Shown here: positions 1-12,000 of the stretch, in pieces | Layout: each line of letters opens with the position of its first letter | Numbering within the stretch: the stretch's first letter is position 1 | From: Cyanophora paradoxa CCMP329 | Taxonomy: Eukaryota; Plantae; Glaucophyta | Assembly: GCA_004431415.1 (NCBI GenBank) | Contig: QPMI01000099.1 | Coordinates: 1-64,000 of the forward strand | Reading direction: 5' to 3' | DNA: 64,000 nt | Position numbers and translations under genes: made by a program | Notes under the pieces: model-generated | What the model was told of the DNA's origin: nothing | The model's input: only the letters and a program-made list of their open reading frames with translations | Database searches by the model: none

Positions 1-31
1 CGCAACCCCCTGCGTCAGCGAGTCACATCAG

Positions 32-3000
32 CTGGTCGCCGTTCTTCGCATAGACGGAACCCAGAGCGGAGGCAGCTTCAAATTCGCGATCACGTACCAA
101 AGCGTTCCCGCCTCGAGTGAGTCTCCAGTCACAAATGATCAATATTGCTTGCAACGGCCAGATCACGGTTGACCTCGAGCTCGCGATTGACTTGCGCAGA
201 CACGTCGTCCCCTCGCATGAGGCAACTGTATCCTTATTATGAAGACACGTACCGCGGGTATCAGGCGTACGTAAACAGCAATTACTACACACTAACGGTG
301 ATGACGATGAGTTCGTCAAACGACAATTTCATTTCTAATTTTGACTTCGTAGGACGACGACGATGAGTTCCGAAAGTGCATTCTGAAGATGGGCTACAAC
401 CTTCCCACTTACTTCGGAACTTATGATGGGACGACGGATTCGCCGCCTACTGCAGCTCAACACACAACAAACCCTCATTATTGGAGGTCAGGCGACACAT
501 ATCCGCACGAACGCGCAACGTAGTGCGTCAGCTGTCAATTTCGGTGTAATGTAAATCACAACCTCAAGCTTAAGCATAAGCGTGGCCGCAGCATCATAAA
601 GAGCTGCGATCAGATGAGCCGCCTGGAAATCATCTTAGACGGCCTGGCTGGGGAAAAGTACCATGGTAAGATTATCCAGCCTATAGGCCTAATCATCAGA
701 TCATGAGCTTGCGTGTGTCGCGCGCCTCGTTCAACGCCTAATCATTTGCATCTTTCTCAACATGCAGACACGCTTGCGGTGAGTACACGGACGCGCTTCG
801 AATTCAATGAATATTAATGCTTCATGATCATGATCGCCCGTTCCTCAGTTCTACGAGGTTTTCATCAACGGATCCGTCCGGGCGATCTCGATCTCATCGG
901 GAGTTTACAAACCCACCAACGACGTTCAGGATTACCCCGCTAACGAGCTCATCAACCCCCCGGTGACAGCGTTCAACACCTCCGAGGGAGTCTCGACCGT
1001 CTGGGTGCTCATGGGAGGCGACCTCACGCGGTTCTACAAGGGTTTCACAATTCGCGCGAGGGCTCTGGGCGCGGGTGCGGAGATTCGAAGCTATCGCGAT
1101 GAGAGCGACGCGCAGTCCTGAAGATTGTCGCTGATCTTCTGTTAACACAGATTGTCCTACGATTCCGAGGGAGCCGTACTTCAACTGCAACGCTTCACTG
1201 GCACGCACGGGAAAGCAGGCGGCGCCAATTTTCGGATGGTTACCCGGCACTAAACCACGTGCGCCCTACAGATTTTAAAACGCTCGATTCTGCTCGTCTT
1301 ACTTTTTTCCCGCGTAGCTCCGAAGCTCGCAATTACCGCGGTCGGAGCAACGTCCCTCACTGAGGTCGTTCAACTGCCTTTTTAGTCGTTTACGCTCAAG
1401 TCCAGTTATGGTGATTGACGTCCGGTCCCGCACGGTTGTCGCATGCGCAGCCTCAGAAGACCACGTACGCCGCGAGCCCGGACAACAAGATTGCGCTCAC
1501 CACTCCGGCGTTTATTTCTGTGAAGGTGATCCTAATTATGTCGAAGCTCAATCACGGCATTGTGGCTGACTAAACAATTCGTAGTCGGGCGGTGAGGTCT
1601 TCACAATCAGCGGGACCGGTTTCCCCGCTGGCAAGCCGATCAAGATCCAAATCGTTAATCAGACGGGGTCGGTGGACGCTATCAACCCGCAGATCGTCTC
1701 GACTACCTCTATTACCTTCAGTGCGCCATCCGACTTTTACGTATATATACCTTTCGCTCGGCGCTTCCCTCCGTAATTAATGCTCGCGATTTTCTTCGGC
1801 AAACAGCTGCCCCGGCGTTTCCCGATGCACAAAGCCCGCCCTTCCGTTTGAACTTCTGGAACGATCTGGTCGGCACAGTTTCGAATCTCGCTTACATCAC
1901 ATTTCGAATATCGATATCGTATCCTTCGCGCAGAACATCACCTCTCCCCAACGCGATTTTCAGTTTGCACACCTCGCGAACGTGCGCATTTCTAGCTACA
2001 GAGTTAAGCTTCCGCTTACTACACTGACTTTGGATCCGGTGATACGCTGATGTACGCAGGCGCACATGTGGGTCGCCAACGGCCCCGACATCACTGTGGT
2101 AGGAGCGACTCCCGTCCCAGAGGGAATCAAGTCTCCGGGGCTGGTCGCTTTCCCGGCTTCATCGCCTCCCAATCCGGCACTCGTCTCAGTAAAGGTGATA
2201 ACATCGAACTTTATGTCCAATTGCAATGTCCGATCGTCCTCGTGATCATCCATGATTAGGCGGGAGGCGAGCTTTTCACTATACAAGGGCTGAGGTTCCC
2301 TGTCGGCAAGCCCATCAAGATCTGGCTCGTGAAGGACACCGGCAAGCTCGCGACAATCGATCCCAAGGTCGTCGACGATAAGACCATTACGTTCTGTGCG
2401 TGAATCTGTCGAGACCGCATCGCAAGCGTACGTGTCCGCGGCAGCTGACGCCGTCCTGCGTCCTTGCAGCGGCGCCGGAGTTCCCGGCGACGACCCAGAG
2501 CCCTCCGTTCCTGCTGGACATCCTCAACGACCTGCTCCTGGAGAGCGCGGACTCGCCCGCAGCCTTCGACCCGATCACGATCAAGAACGTGAGAAACTTG
2601 AGCGGCTGTTTCCCAATTCTTGAACATGAGTTCAGCATTCAAGACTTCTCTATGAATTATTGCGCTGTGGCTCGATGAATATCAATTCATCAAAGAAACC
2701 ACGCGAAACCGTTTAATTTGCTTCGCAGGCGCACATCTGGACTGGCAAGTTCACCATTAGCACCGTCGGCTCAACGACCGTGCCAGATACCGTCAAGTCT
2801 CCGGGGCTAATTAATTTCCCGGCAACCACGCCTCCCAAGCCGGCTCTCGTCTCGGCCAAGGTCAGCATCATTCAAATACCGCCCGGGAAACTCTCGCAGA
2901 AGCTTCCGATGTCTGATTCGCCTCTAGCCCGGCGGCGAAGTGTTCTCCATCGCGGGTGTCAACTTCCCTGCCGGCAAGCCTATCAGGATCTGGCTCGTGA

Positions 3001-6000
3001 AGGACACCGGGAAGCTCGCGACTATCAACCCGAAGGTGGTGGACGCCAAGACAATTACGTTCAGTGCGTGAATGCGGCGAAGTCGCCTTCTCAAGCGCAC
3101 GTGCCCCCGGCAGCTGACGCCGTCCTGCGTCCTTGCAGCGGCGCCGGAGTTCCCGGCGACGACCCAGAGCCCGCCGTTCCTGCTGGACATCCTGAATGAC
3201 CTGCTCTTGGAGAGCGCGAGCTCCCCCGCAGACTTCGAACCCACCACGATCAAGAACGTGAGATACTCGAAAATTATTTCCTTCTCCATCAACCTTCAGT
3301 TAGAATAATTCCTCTCTAAACTAATGAACTGCATGTTTAGTAATCAGAATTCATGAGACAATGTTGTGAAACGGTCTGTGTCGCAGGCGCACATCTGGAC
3401 TAGCAAGGTCATCATTAGCAGCGTCGGCTCTACAACCGTGCCAGATAACATCAAGACTCCCGGGCTAATTGATTTCCCGGTAACTTCTCCTCCCAGTCCG
3501 GCTCTCGTCTCGGCCAAGGTCAGAATCATTCATATACTGTCCTGTCGCCGAAACTTACAATATCTGATCCGCGTTTAGCCTGGCGGTGAACTGTTCTCGA
3601 TCGCGGGTGTCAACTTCCCTGCCGGCAAGCCCATCAAGATTTGGCTCGTGAAGGACACGGGCAAGGTGGAGACCATTGATCCCAAGGTCGTCGATGACAA
3701 GACCATTACATTTAGTGCGCTCTATGTGTTTTGAACGCCTCTATTATGCGAAATGTGCTGTCAGTGATTGATTCGCACGCGCACGTGGATGTACGTTCGG
3801 CTGACACTTTCCGCGATCCCGTGCTTTTGCAGAGGCGCCGCCGTTCCCGGATGCGCAAAGCCCTCCGTTCCTGCTGGACATCCTCAACGACCTGCTCCTG
3901 GAGAGCGCGAGCTCTCCCGCAGACTTCGAGCCGACTACGATCAAGAACGTGCGAAACTCGAAAACCATTTATAATGTGGACACCACACACGCATTCATGC
4001 CTTCTTTCTAGTCAACGTTCTGAAGCTTAATGGATTATACTTATAATTACAGTTCATTAAGCAGACCATGTGAAACGGTTTGTGTCGCAGGCACACATCT
4101 GGACCAGCAAGCTCGGCATCATCGCCGTCGGCCCTACGATCGTGCCAGATGCCATCAAGTCTCCGGGACTGATCGATTTTCCGGCGACCTCGCCTCCCAA
4201 TCCGGCGCTCGTCTCGGCCAAGGTCTGCATCATTCAAATACCCTCCTTGTGTTGAAGCTTCCGATCTCTGATTATCCTATAGCCTGGCGGTGAACTGTTC
4301 TCTATCACGGGTGCCAACTTCCCTGCCGGCAAGCCCATCAAGATCTGGCTCGTGAAGGACACCGGCAAGCTCGCGACAATCGATCCTAAGATCTTCAACG
4401 ATAAGACCATCACGTTCAGTGCGTGAATCTTCCGTGTTCGGCATCGCGAGCGCGCGTGTCCGCGGCAGCTGACGCCGTCCTGCGTCCTTGCAGCGGCGCC
4501 GGAGTTCCCGGCGACGACCCAGAGCCCTCCGTTCCTGCTGGACATCCTCAACGACCTGCTCCTGGAGAGCGCGGACTTCCCCGCAGCCTTCGACCCCTTC
4601 ACGATCAAGAACGTGAGAACCTCGAACTCTTAAGAGCTGTTTCCCAGTTTATAAACATAAGTTCAGCGTTTATGACTTCTCGAGCTCCATAAATGATTGC
4701 GCTGTGCCTCGATGAATATCAAGTCATCAAAGAATCCACGCGAAACCGTTAGCTTCGCAGGCGCATATGTGGACTAGCAAGGAGAGGCTGGGGGGGGTAC
4801 GGAAAATTTACGGTAGCGCGACGATTACGGCGGCGCAGCGGGCCAGGTTTCCCACCCGTGGGTTCCTGATAACGCTGCGTGTCAAGCTGCTCGGAAAGTC
4901 GCGCGCCAGCTCCACCCGACCCCCGTAGCCAGAACGCGCTAGATAGACCAGCCGGGCGTGCACGGACAGCCGACACGAGCACATCATCACCAATCGCAAC
5001 CGCCGAAGTCGGTAGCCCGCCCCCGGAGCGCCAGGCAGCCCCGCCAACCTCGCCGCGTCATCTTTTTTGAATTCCACGGACCCCCGGACCCCACCTGCGC
5101 CCTGCGCGGAGCGCAAAGCAATCGCCCTGCCTCTCCCGATAGACGATAAGAGCTCTTAAGCAACTGAACTGCCGCCCAGTCCCCGCGCATTGCGCCCCGA
5201 TGCTGACACTCACTCACTGCCTGTCACACCGCAGACATGAGCCGATCATCCACGGACGACACACCGGATGTCGCCGCCATGCCCGGCGAACGACGTAGAC
5301 CGTGCTTGCGCGACGCTCGCCGGCGCCCAGGCCCCGCGGGCCCACGCCCCCCCCCCCTTTCCCCGGACTGGGCCCAAAGGGCGCCCACCTGGACTCCTCC
5401 CCCCCGAGGCCGGTACAGAAGCGTGTACGCTCGGACCCCCTGCCCCCCGTCCGCAGTCCGAGCCAGACGAGGCCCGCCCGGACCCGGCCTTCAAGCCGGC
5501 CCCTGCCCTCCCGCTTCAGCGCCCCGCCCCGCCCTCCGGCTCCAGCGCCCCGCCCCCGCCCTCCGGCTCCAGCGCCCCGCCCCGCCCTCCGGCTCCAGCG
5601 CCCCGCCCCCGCCCCCCAGCTCCAGCGCCCCGCCCCGCCCCCCAGCTCCAGCGCCCGCCCCCGCCCCCAGCTCCAGCGCCCCGCCCCGCCCTCCGGCTCC
5701 AGCGCCCCGCCCCCGCCCCCAGCTCCAGCGCCCCGCCCCGCCCCCCAGCTCCAGCGCCCCGCCCCGCCCTCCGGCTCCAGCGCCCGCCCCGCCCTCCGGC
5801 TCCAGCGCCCGCCCCCGCCCTCCGGCTCCAGCGCCCCGCCCCGCCCTCCGGCTCCAGCGCCCCGCCCCGCCCTCCGGCTCCAGCGCCCCGCCCCGCCCCC
5901 AGCTCCAGCGCCCCGCCCCCGCCCCCAGCTCCAGCGCCCCGCCCCGCCCTCCGGCTCCAGCGCCCCGCCCCGCCTCCGCTCCAGCGCCCCGCCCCCGCCC

Positions 6001-9000
6001 CCAGCTCCAGCGCCCCGCCCCCGCCCCCCAGCTCCAGCGCCCCGCCCCGCCCTCCGGCTCCAGCGCCCCGCCCCGCCCCCCAGCTCCAGCACCCCGCCCC
6101 CGCCCCCAGCTCCAGCGCCCCGCCCCGCCCTCCGGCTCCAGCGCCCCGCCCCCGCCCCCCAGCTCCAGCGCCCCGCCCCCGCCCTCCGGCTCCAGCGCCC
6201 CGCCCCCGCCACCCCTCTAAGTGCCCCGCCGCCCTAGCGCCCCGCCGCTCCCTCGCGCCCTTCCCCCGTCGCCCCCAGCGCCCCGCCGCCCCCCAGTGCC
6301 CTTCCACGTCACCCCTCTCAGCGCCCCGCCGCCCTAGTGCCCGCTGCTCCCCGTGCCCTTCCCCGTCGCCCCGGCGCCCCTCCGCCCCCAGCGCCCTTCC
6401 GCCGCCGCTTCCCCAGGGCCCCGCCCCAGTGCTCCTCCACCCCTTAGCCCCCGCCCTTTGCCCCGGCCCCCAGCGCCCCGCCCCCGCCGCCCCCAGCGCC
6501 CCGCCCCCGCCGCCCTCTAGCGCCCTGCCCCGACCCTCGGCGCCCCGCCCCGCTCCCGGCCCGTCACCCTCCCGCCCGCCCCGCCCCGCCCGCCCCCAGC
6601 TCCCCGACCCCAGCGCCTCACCCCGCCACCCTCCAGCGCTCCGTGTACCCCACTCCCTGCCCTTCTCCCCCTCCCTACGCCTCGCCCCCCGCCGACCCCC
6701 AGCACCCCGTGCGCCTCGCCTCCCCCCTCCCCCCCTCTCTTCCACAGGGCCAAGGACACCAACGCATCAGGCCCTCCTAAAGCTGTAGATCGATAGCTCA
6801 CAGCTAGGATAAGATAGCAGGACGTCTTCCTTCTATGCCGCAGAGCATTTGCGCTAGCCTAGGCGCCCCCCCGGTCGACGTCACCGACGGGGCGGCGGTT
6901 GTTGTCCTTAATACGAACATTGCCCGGTTGGGCTTTTGCAAAAAAAAATGTGGACTAGCAAGATCGCAATCACCGCCGTCGGCTCGACGGGCGTGCCGGC
7001 TCCCACAAGATCTCCGGGGATAGTCGATTTCCCGGCAACCTTGCCTCCCAGTCCGGCTCTCGTCTCGGCCAAGGTCAGAATCATTCATAAACTTTCCTTT
7101 CATCGAAACATTCAATCTCTGATCCCCGTTTAGCCCGGCGGGGAACTGTTCTCTATCACGGGTGTCAACTTCCCTGTCGGCAAGCCCATCAAACTCTGGC
7201 TCGTGAAGGACACCGGCAAGCTCGAGACCATCAACCCTAAGATCTTCAACGATAAGACCATCACGTTCAGTGCGTGATTCTTTCGTGTTCGGCATCTTGA
7301 GCGTACGTGTCCGTGGCAGCTGACGCCGTCCTGTGTGCTTGCAGCGGCACCGGAATTCCCGGCGACGACCCAGAGCCCGCCGTTCCTGCTGGACATCCTC
7401 AACGACCTGCTCCTGGAGAGCGCGGACTCGCCCGCAGCCTTCGATCCGATCACGATCAAGAACGTGAGAAACTTAAAGAGCTGTTTCCCAGTTTATAAAC
7501 ATGTTTCAGCATTCAAGACTTCAAAGAATTTCGATTAATTACAAACCCCACGCAAACCGTTTGTCTCGCAGGCGCATATCTGGACAAGCAAGGTTGCCAT
7601 CACCGCCGTCGGCCCGACGGGCGTGCCAGATACCATCAAGTCGCCCGGGCGCATTACATTCCCGGCAACCGCGCCTCCTAATCCGGCGCTCGTCTCGGCC
7701 AAGGTCTGCTTCATTCCAATACTGTCGTTTTCATTTTCATGAAGCTTCCGATCTCTGATTATCCTATAGCCTGGCGGTGAATTGTTCTCTATCACGGGTG
7801 TCAACTTCCCTGCCGGCAAGCCCATCAAACTCTGGCTCGTGAAGGACACCGGCAAGCTTGAGACTATCAATCCTAAGATCTTCAACGATAAGACCATCAC
7901 GTTCAGTGCGTGAATCTGTCAAGTATCTCCAGCATGCGTGTCCGTGGCATCTGACGCCGTCATGTGTCCTTGCAGCGGCACCGGAGTTCCCGGAGAAGAC
8001 CCAGAGCCCTCCGTTCAAGCTGGACATCCTCAACGACCTGCTCCTGGAGAGCGCGGACTCGCCCGCAGCCTTCGACCCGATCACGATCAAGAACGTGAGA
8101 AATTCTAAACCCGCTTCCCGATTCATAAACATAACTTTAGCATTCGAGACGGGTGTATAGATTTATGCATTGTAGCTTGAGAAGTAGGAATCGTGGAAGA
8201 AAGTACGCGAACCCGTTTGTTTCGCAGGCGCACATCTGGACTAGCAAGGTCGCCATCACCGCCGTCGGCTCGACGGGCGTGCCAGCGACCATCAAGTCGC
8301 CCGAGCGCATTACGTTCCCGGCAACCTCGCCTCCCAATCCGGCGCTCGTCTCGGCCAAGGTCAGCACCATTTGAATACCGTCCGGGGTCCTTTAGGTGGA
8401 GCTTCTGAGTCTGATTCGCCTCTAGCCCGGCGGTGAACTGTTCTCTATCACGGGTGTCAACTTCCCTGTCGGCAAGCCCATCAAACTCTGGCTCGTGAAG
8501 GACACCGGCAAGCTCGAGACCATCGATCCTAAGATCTTCAACGATAAGACCATCACGTTCAGTGCGCGAATCTGTCAAGTTCTGCATCTCGAGCGTACGT
8601 GTCCGTGGCAGCTGACGCCGTCCTGTGTCCTTGCAGCGGCGCCGGAGTTCCCGGAGAAGACCCAGAGCCCTCCGTTCCTGCTGGACATCCTCAACGACCT
8701 GCTCCTGGAGAGCGCGGACTCCCCCGCAGCCTTCGAGCCGATCACGATCAAGAACGTGAGAAATTCTAGATCCGCGAATCTAGCATTCAAGATGGGTTTA
8801 AAGATGAATGCACTGTTGCTTGATTAAGAAGGAATCGGAAACGAGCCCACGCGAACCCGTTCTTTTGCAGGCGCACATCTGGACTAGCAAGGTCGCCATC
8901 ACCGCCGTCGGCTCGACGGGCGTGCCAGCGACCGTCAAGTCTCCCGAGCGCATTACGTTCCCGGCAACCGCGCCTCCCAATCCGGCGCTCGTCTCGGCCA

Positions 9001-12000
9001 AGGTCAGCATCATTCAAATACCTCCCGGGAAACTCTCGCAGAAACTTCCGATGTCTGATTCGAATTCGCCTCTAGCCCGGCGGCGAATTGTTCTCTATCA
9101 CGGGTGTCAACTTCCCTGTCGGCAAGCCCATCAAACTCTGGCTCGTGAAGGACACCGGCAAGCTCGAGACCATCAACCCTAAGATCTTCAACGATAAGAC
9201 CATCACGTTCAGTGCGTGAATCTGTCAAGTATCTCCAGCGTACGTGTCCGCGGCAGCTGACGCCGTCCTGTGTCCTTGCAGCGGCCCCGGATTTCCCGGC
9301 GACGACCCAGAGCCCGCCGTTCCTGCTGGACATCCTCAACGACCTGCTCCTGGAGAGCGCGGACTCCCCCGCAGCCTTCGACCCGATCACGATCAAGAAT
9401 GTGAGAAATTCTAGATCCGCGAATCTAGCATTCAAGACGGGTTTAAAGATAAATGCACTGTAGCTGGATCGATGAGGAATCTTGATCGAAACAACGCGAA
9501 CCCGTTTCCTTCGCAGGCGCACATCTGGACTAGCAAGGTCGCCATCACCGCCGTCGGCTCGACGGGCGTGCCGGCTTCGATCAAGTCGCCCGAGCGCATT
9601 ACGTTCCCGGCAACCGCGCCTCCCAATCCGGCGCTCGTCTCGGCCAAGGTCAGCACCATTCAAATACCGTCCGGGGTCCTTTCGCTGGAGCTTCTGAGTC
9701 TGATTCGCCTCTAGCCCGGCGGTGAACTGTTCTCTATCACGGGTGTCAACTTCCCTGTCGGCAAGCCCATCAAACTCTGGCTCGTGAAGGACACCGGCAA
9801 GCTCGAGACCATCAATCCTATAATCTTCAACGATAAGACCATCACGTTCAGTGCGTGAATCTGTCAAGTATCTCCAGCGTACGTGTCCGCGGCAGCTGAC
9901 GCCGTCCTGCGTCCTTGCAGCGGCGCCGGAGTTCCCGGCAACGACCCAGAGCCCGCCGTTCCTGCTGGACATCCTCAACGACCTGCTCCTGGAGAGCGCG
10001 GACTCCCCCGCAGCCTTCGAGCCGATCACGATCAAGAACGTGAGAAATTCTAGATCCGCGAATTTAGCATTCAAGACGGGTTTAAAGATTTATGCACTGT
10101 AGCTTGATCAAGAAGGATTCGGAAACGAACCCACGCGAACCCTTTCTTTCGCAGGCGCATGTGTGGACAAGCAAGATCGCCATCACCGCCGTCGGCTCGA
10201 CGGGCGTGCCGGCTTCGATCAAGTCGCCCGAGCGTATTACGTTCCCGGCAACCGCGCCTCCCAATCCGGCGCTCGTCTCGGCCAAGGTCTGCATCGCTCC
10301 AAAGCCCGTCCTTTCGTTGAAGTTGTTGATCACTGTTTCGCTTTTAGCCCGGCGGTGAAGTGTTTTCCATCGCGGGTGTCAACTTCCCTGTCGGCAAGCC
10401 CATCAAGGTCTGGATCGTGAAGGACACGGGCAAGGTGGAAGCGATCGAGCCGAAGGTCGTGGACGCAAAGACCATCACGTTCAGTGCGTTCTATGCTTTC
10501 GATAGCCGCTCATGTGCACCATGCACTATCAGTGATTGTTCGCACGTGGATGCGTTTGCGCGGCTGACGCTTTTCGGGATTTGGTGTGTTCACAGAGGCG
10601 CCGCCGTTCCCGGATGCGCAAAGCCCTCCGTTCCTGCTGGACATCCTCAACGACCTGCTTCTGGAGAGCGCGGACTCCCCCGCAGCCTTCGAGCCGATCA
10701 CGATCAAGAACGTGAGAAATTCTAGATCCGCGAATCTAGCATTCAAGACGGGTTTAAAGATTAATGCACTGTATATATATACGTAGCCTGATCAAGAAGG
10801 AATCGGAAACGAGCCCACGCGAACCCTTTCTTTCGCAGGCGCATGTGTGGACAAGCAAGATCGCCATCACCGCCGTCGGCTCGACGGGCGTGCCAGCGAC
10901 CATCAAGTCGCCCGAGCGCATCACGTTCCCGGCAACCGCGCCTCCCAATCCGGCGCTCGTCTCGGCCAAGGTCTGCATCATTCAAATACCGTCTTGGCTC
11001 CTTTCGCTGAAGCCTCCTTTCTCTGATTCGCTTTTAGGCTGGCGGTGAATTGTTCTCTATCACGGGTGTCAACTTCCCTGTCGGCAAGCCCATCAAGGTC
11101 TGGATCGTGAAGGACACGGGCAAGGTGGAAGCGATCGAGCCGAAGGTCGTGGACGCAAAGACCATCACGTTCAGTGCGTTCTATGCTTTCGATAGCCGCT
11201 CATGTGCACCATGCACTATCAGTGATTGTTCGCACGTGGATGCGTTTGCGCGGCTGACACTTGTTGGGATTTGGTGCGTTCACAGAGGCGCCGCCGTTCC
11301 CGGATGCGCAAAGCCCTCCGTTCCTGCTGGACATCCTCAACGACCTGCTCCTGGAGAGCGCGGACTCCCCCGCAGCCTTCGAACCTATCACGATCAAGAA
11401 CGTGCGCAATTGAGAACTCGGGTCAATTCAAACTCTTCGCCAATCTGACCGAAACGCGGCACATGTTCTGCAGGCGCATGTGTGGCAGAGCAAGCTGCCT
11501 CTGAATCTCGTGCAAGTAGGAGAGGAAGGCGTTCCGGACTCGCTCAAGTCGGGACCGTACGTTAATCTGCCGGAGGCCTCTCTCTATTCCCTCAAGGTGC
11601 GCACCGCGCTTTCAAATACTGAGAAAATCCGTTGCGTTTCATTCTCTGACAATCTGCAACAGGCCGGTGGCGAGTCTTTCACCATCAAAGGTGTCGGCTT
11701 CCCGGTTGGAGAGCCCATCAGGATCTGGATCGTGAAGGAGGCCGGAAAAGTCGAGACCATCAACCCGAAGATTGTCGACGCCAAGACGATTACGTTCAGT
11801 GCGTCGCTCGCGGCTGCATTAATTTCGGTCGCACCGCCGAAAACTGATATTCGACCCGTCGTGCCTTGTTAGCTGCGCCGCCGTTCCCGGATGCGCAGAG
11901 CCCTCCGTTCCAGCTGGATATCCTCAACGACCTGATCCTCGAGAGCGCGAACACGCCCGCGAATTTCCTCCCTACGACGATCAAGAATGTGAGAAATCAT

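Larger units (their letters stand above)
2060..11401 (+). repeat. Tandem array of 11 homogenised 3-exon/3-intron cassettes (~640-700 bp period), one interrupted by the insertion
   Basis: Exon A starts near 2060, 2728, 3387, 4091, 4761, 7572, 8228, 8871, 9517, 10155 and 10839. Exons and much intron sequence (e.g. gtgtccgcggcagctgacgccgtcctgcgtccttgcag) recur. Confidence 0.93.

Noticed and set aside
4860-4900. Hammerhead ribozyme in the retroposon head (ctgataa...gaaa)
   Set aside because: The core is CTGATAA rather than CTGANGA, and the helices do not fit the hammerhead topology.
5214-6801. Long Pro/Gly/Arg-rich ORFs (300-500 aa) in several frames
   Set aside because: They arise from a stop-poor GC minisatellite inside the retroposon, are open on both strands and show no domain motifs.
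2060-11401. Regular repeats as a CRISPR array or satellite
   Set aside because: The period is ~650 bp, and the units are spliced coding cassettes with GT-AG introns. There are no short repeat/unique spacer units and no cas genes.
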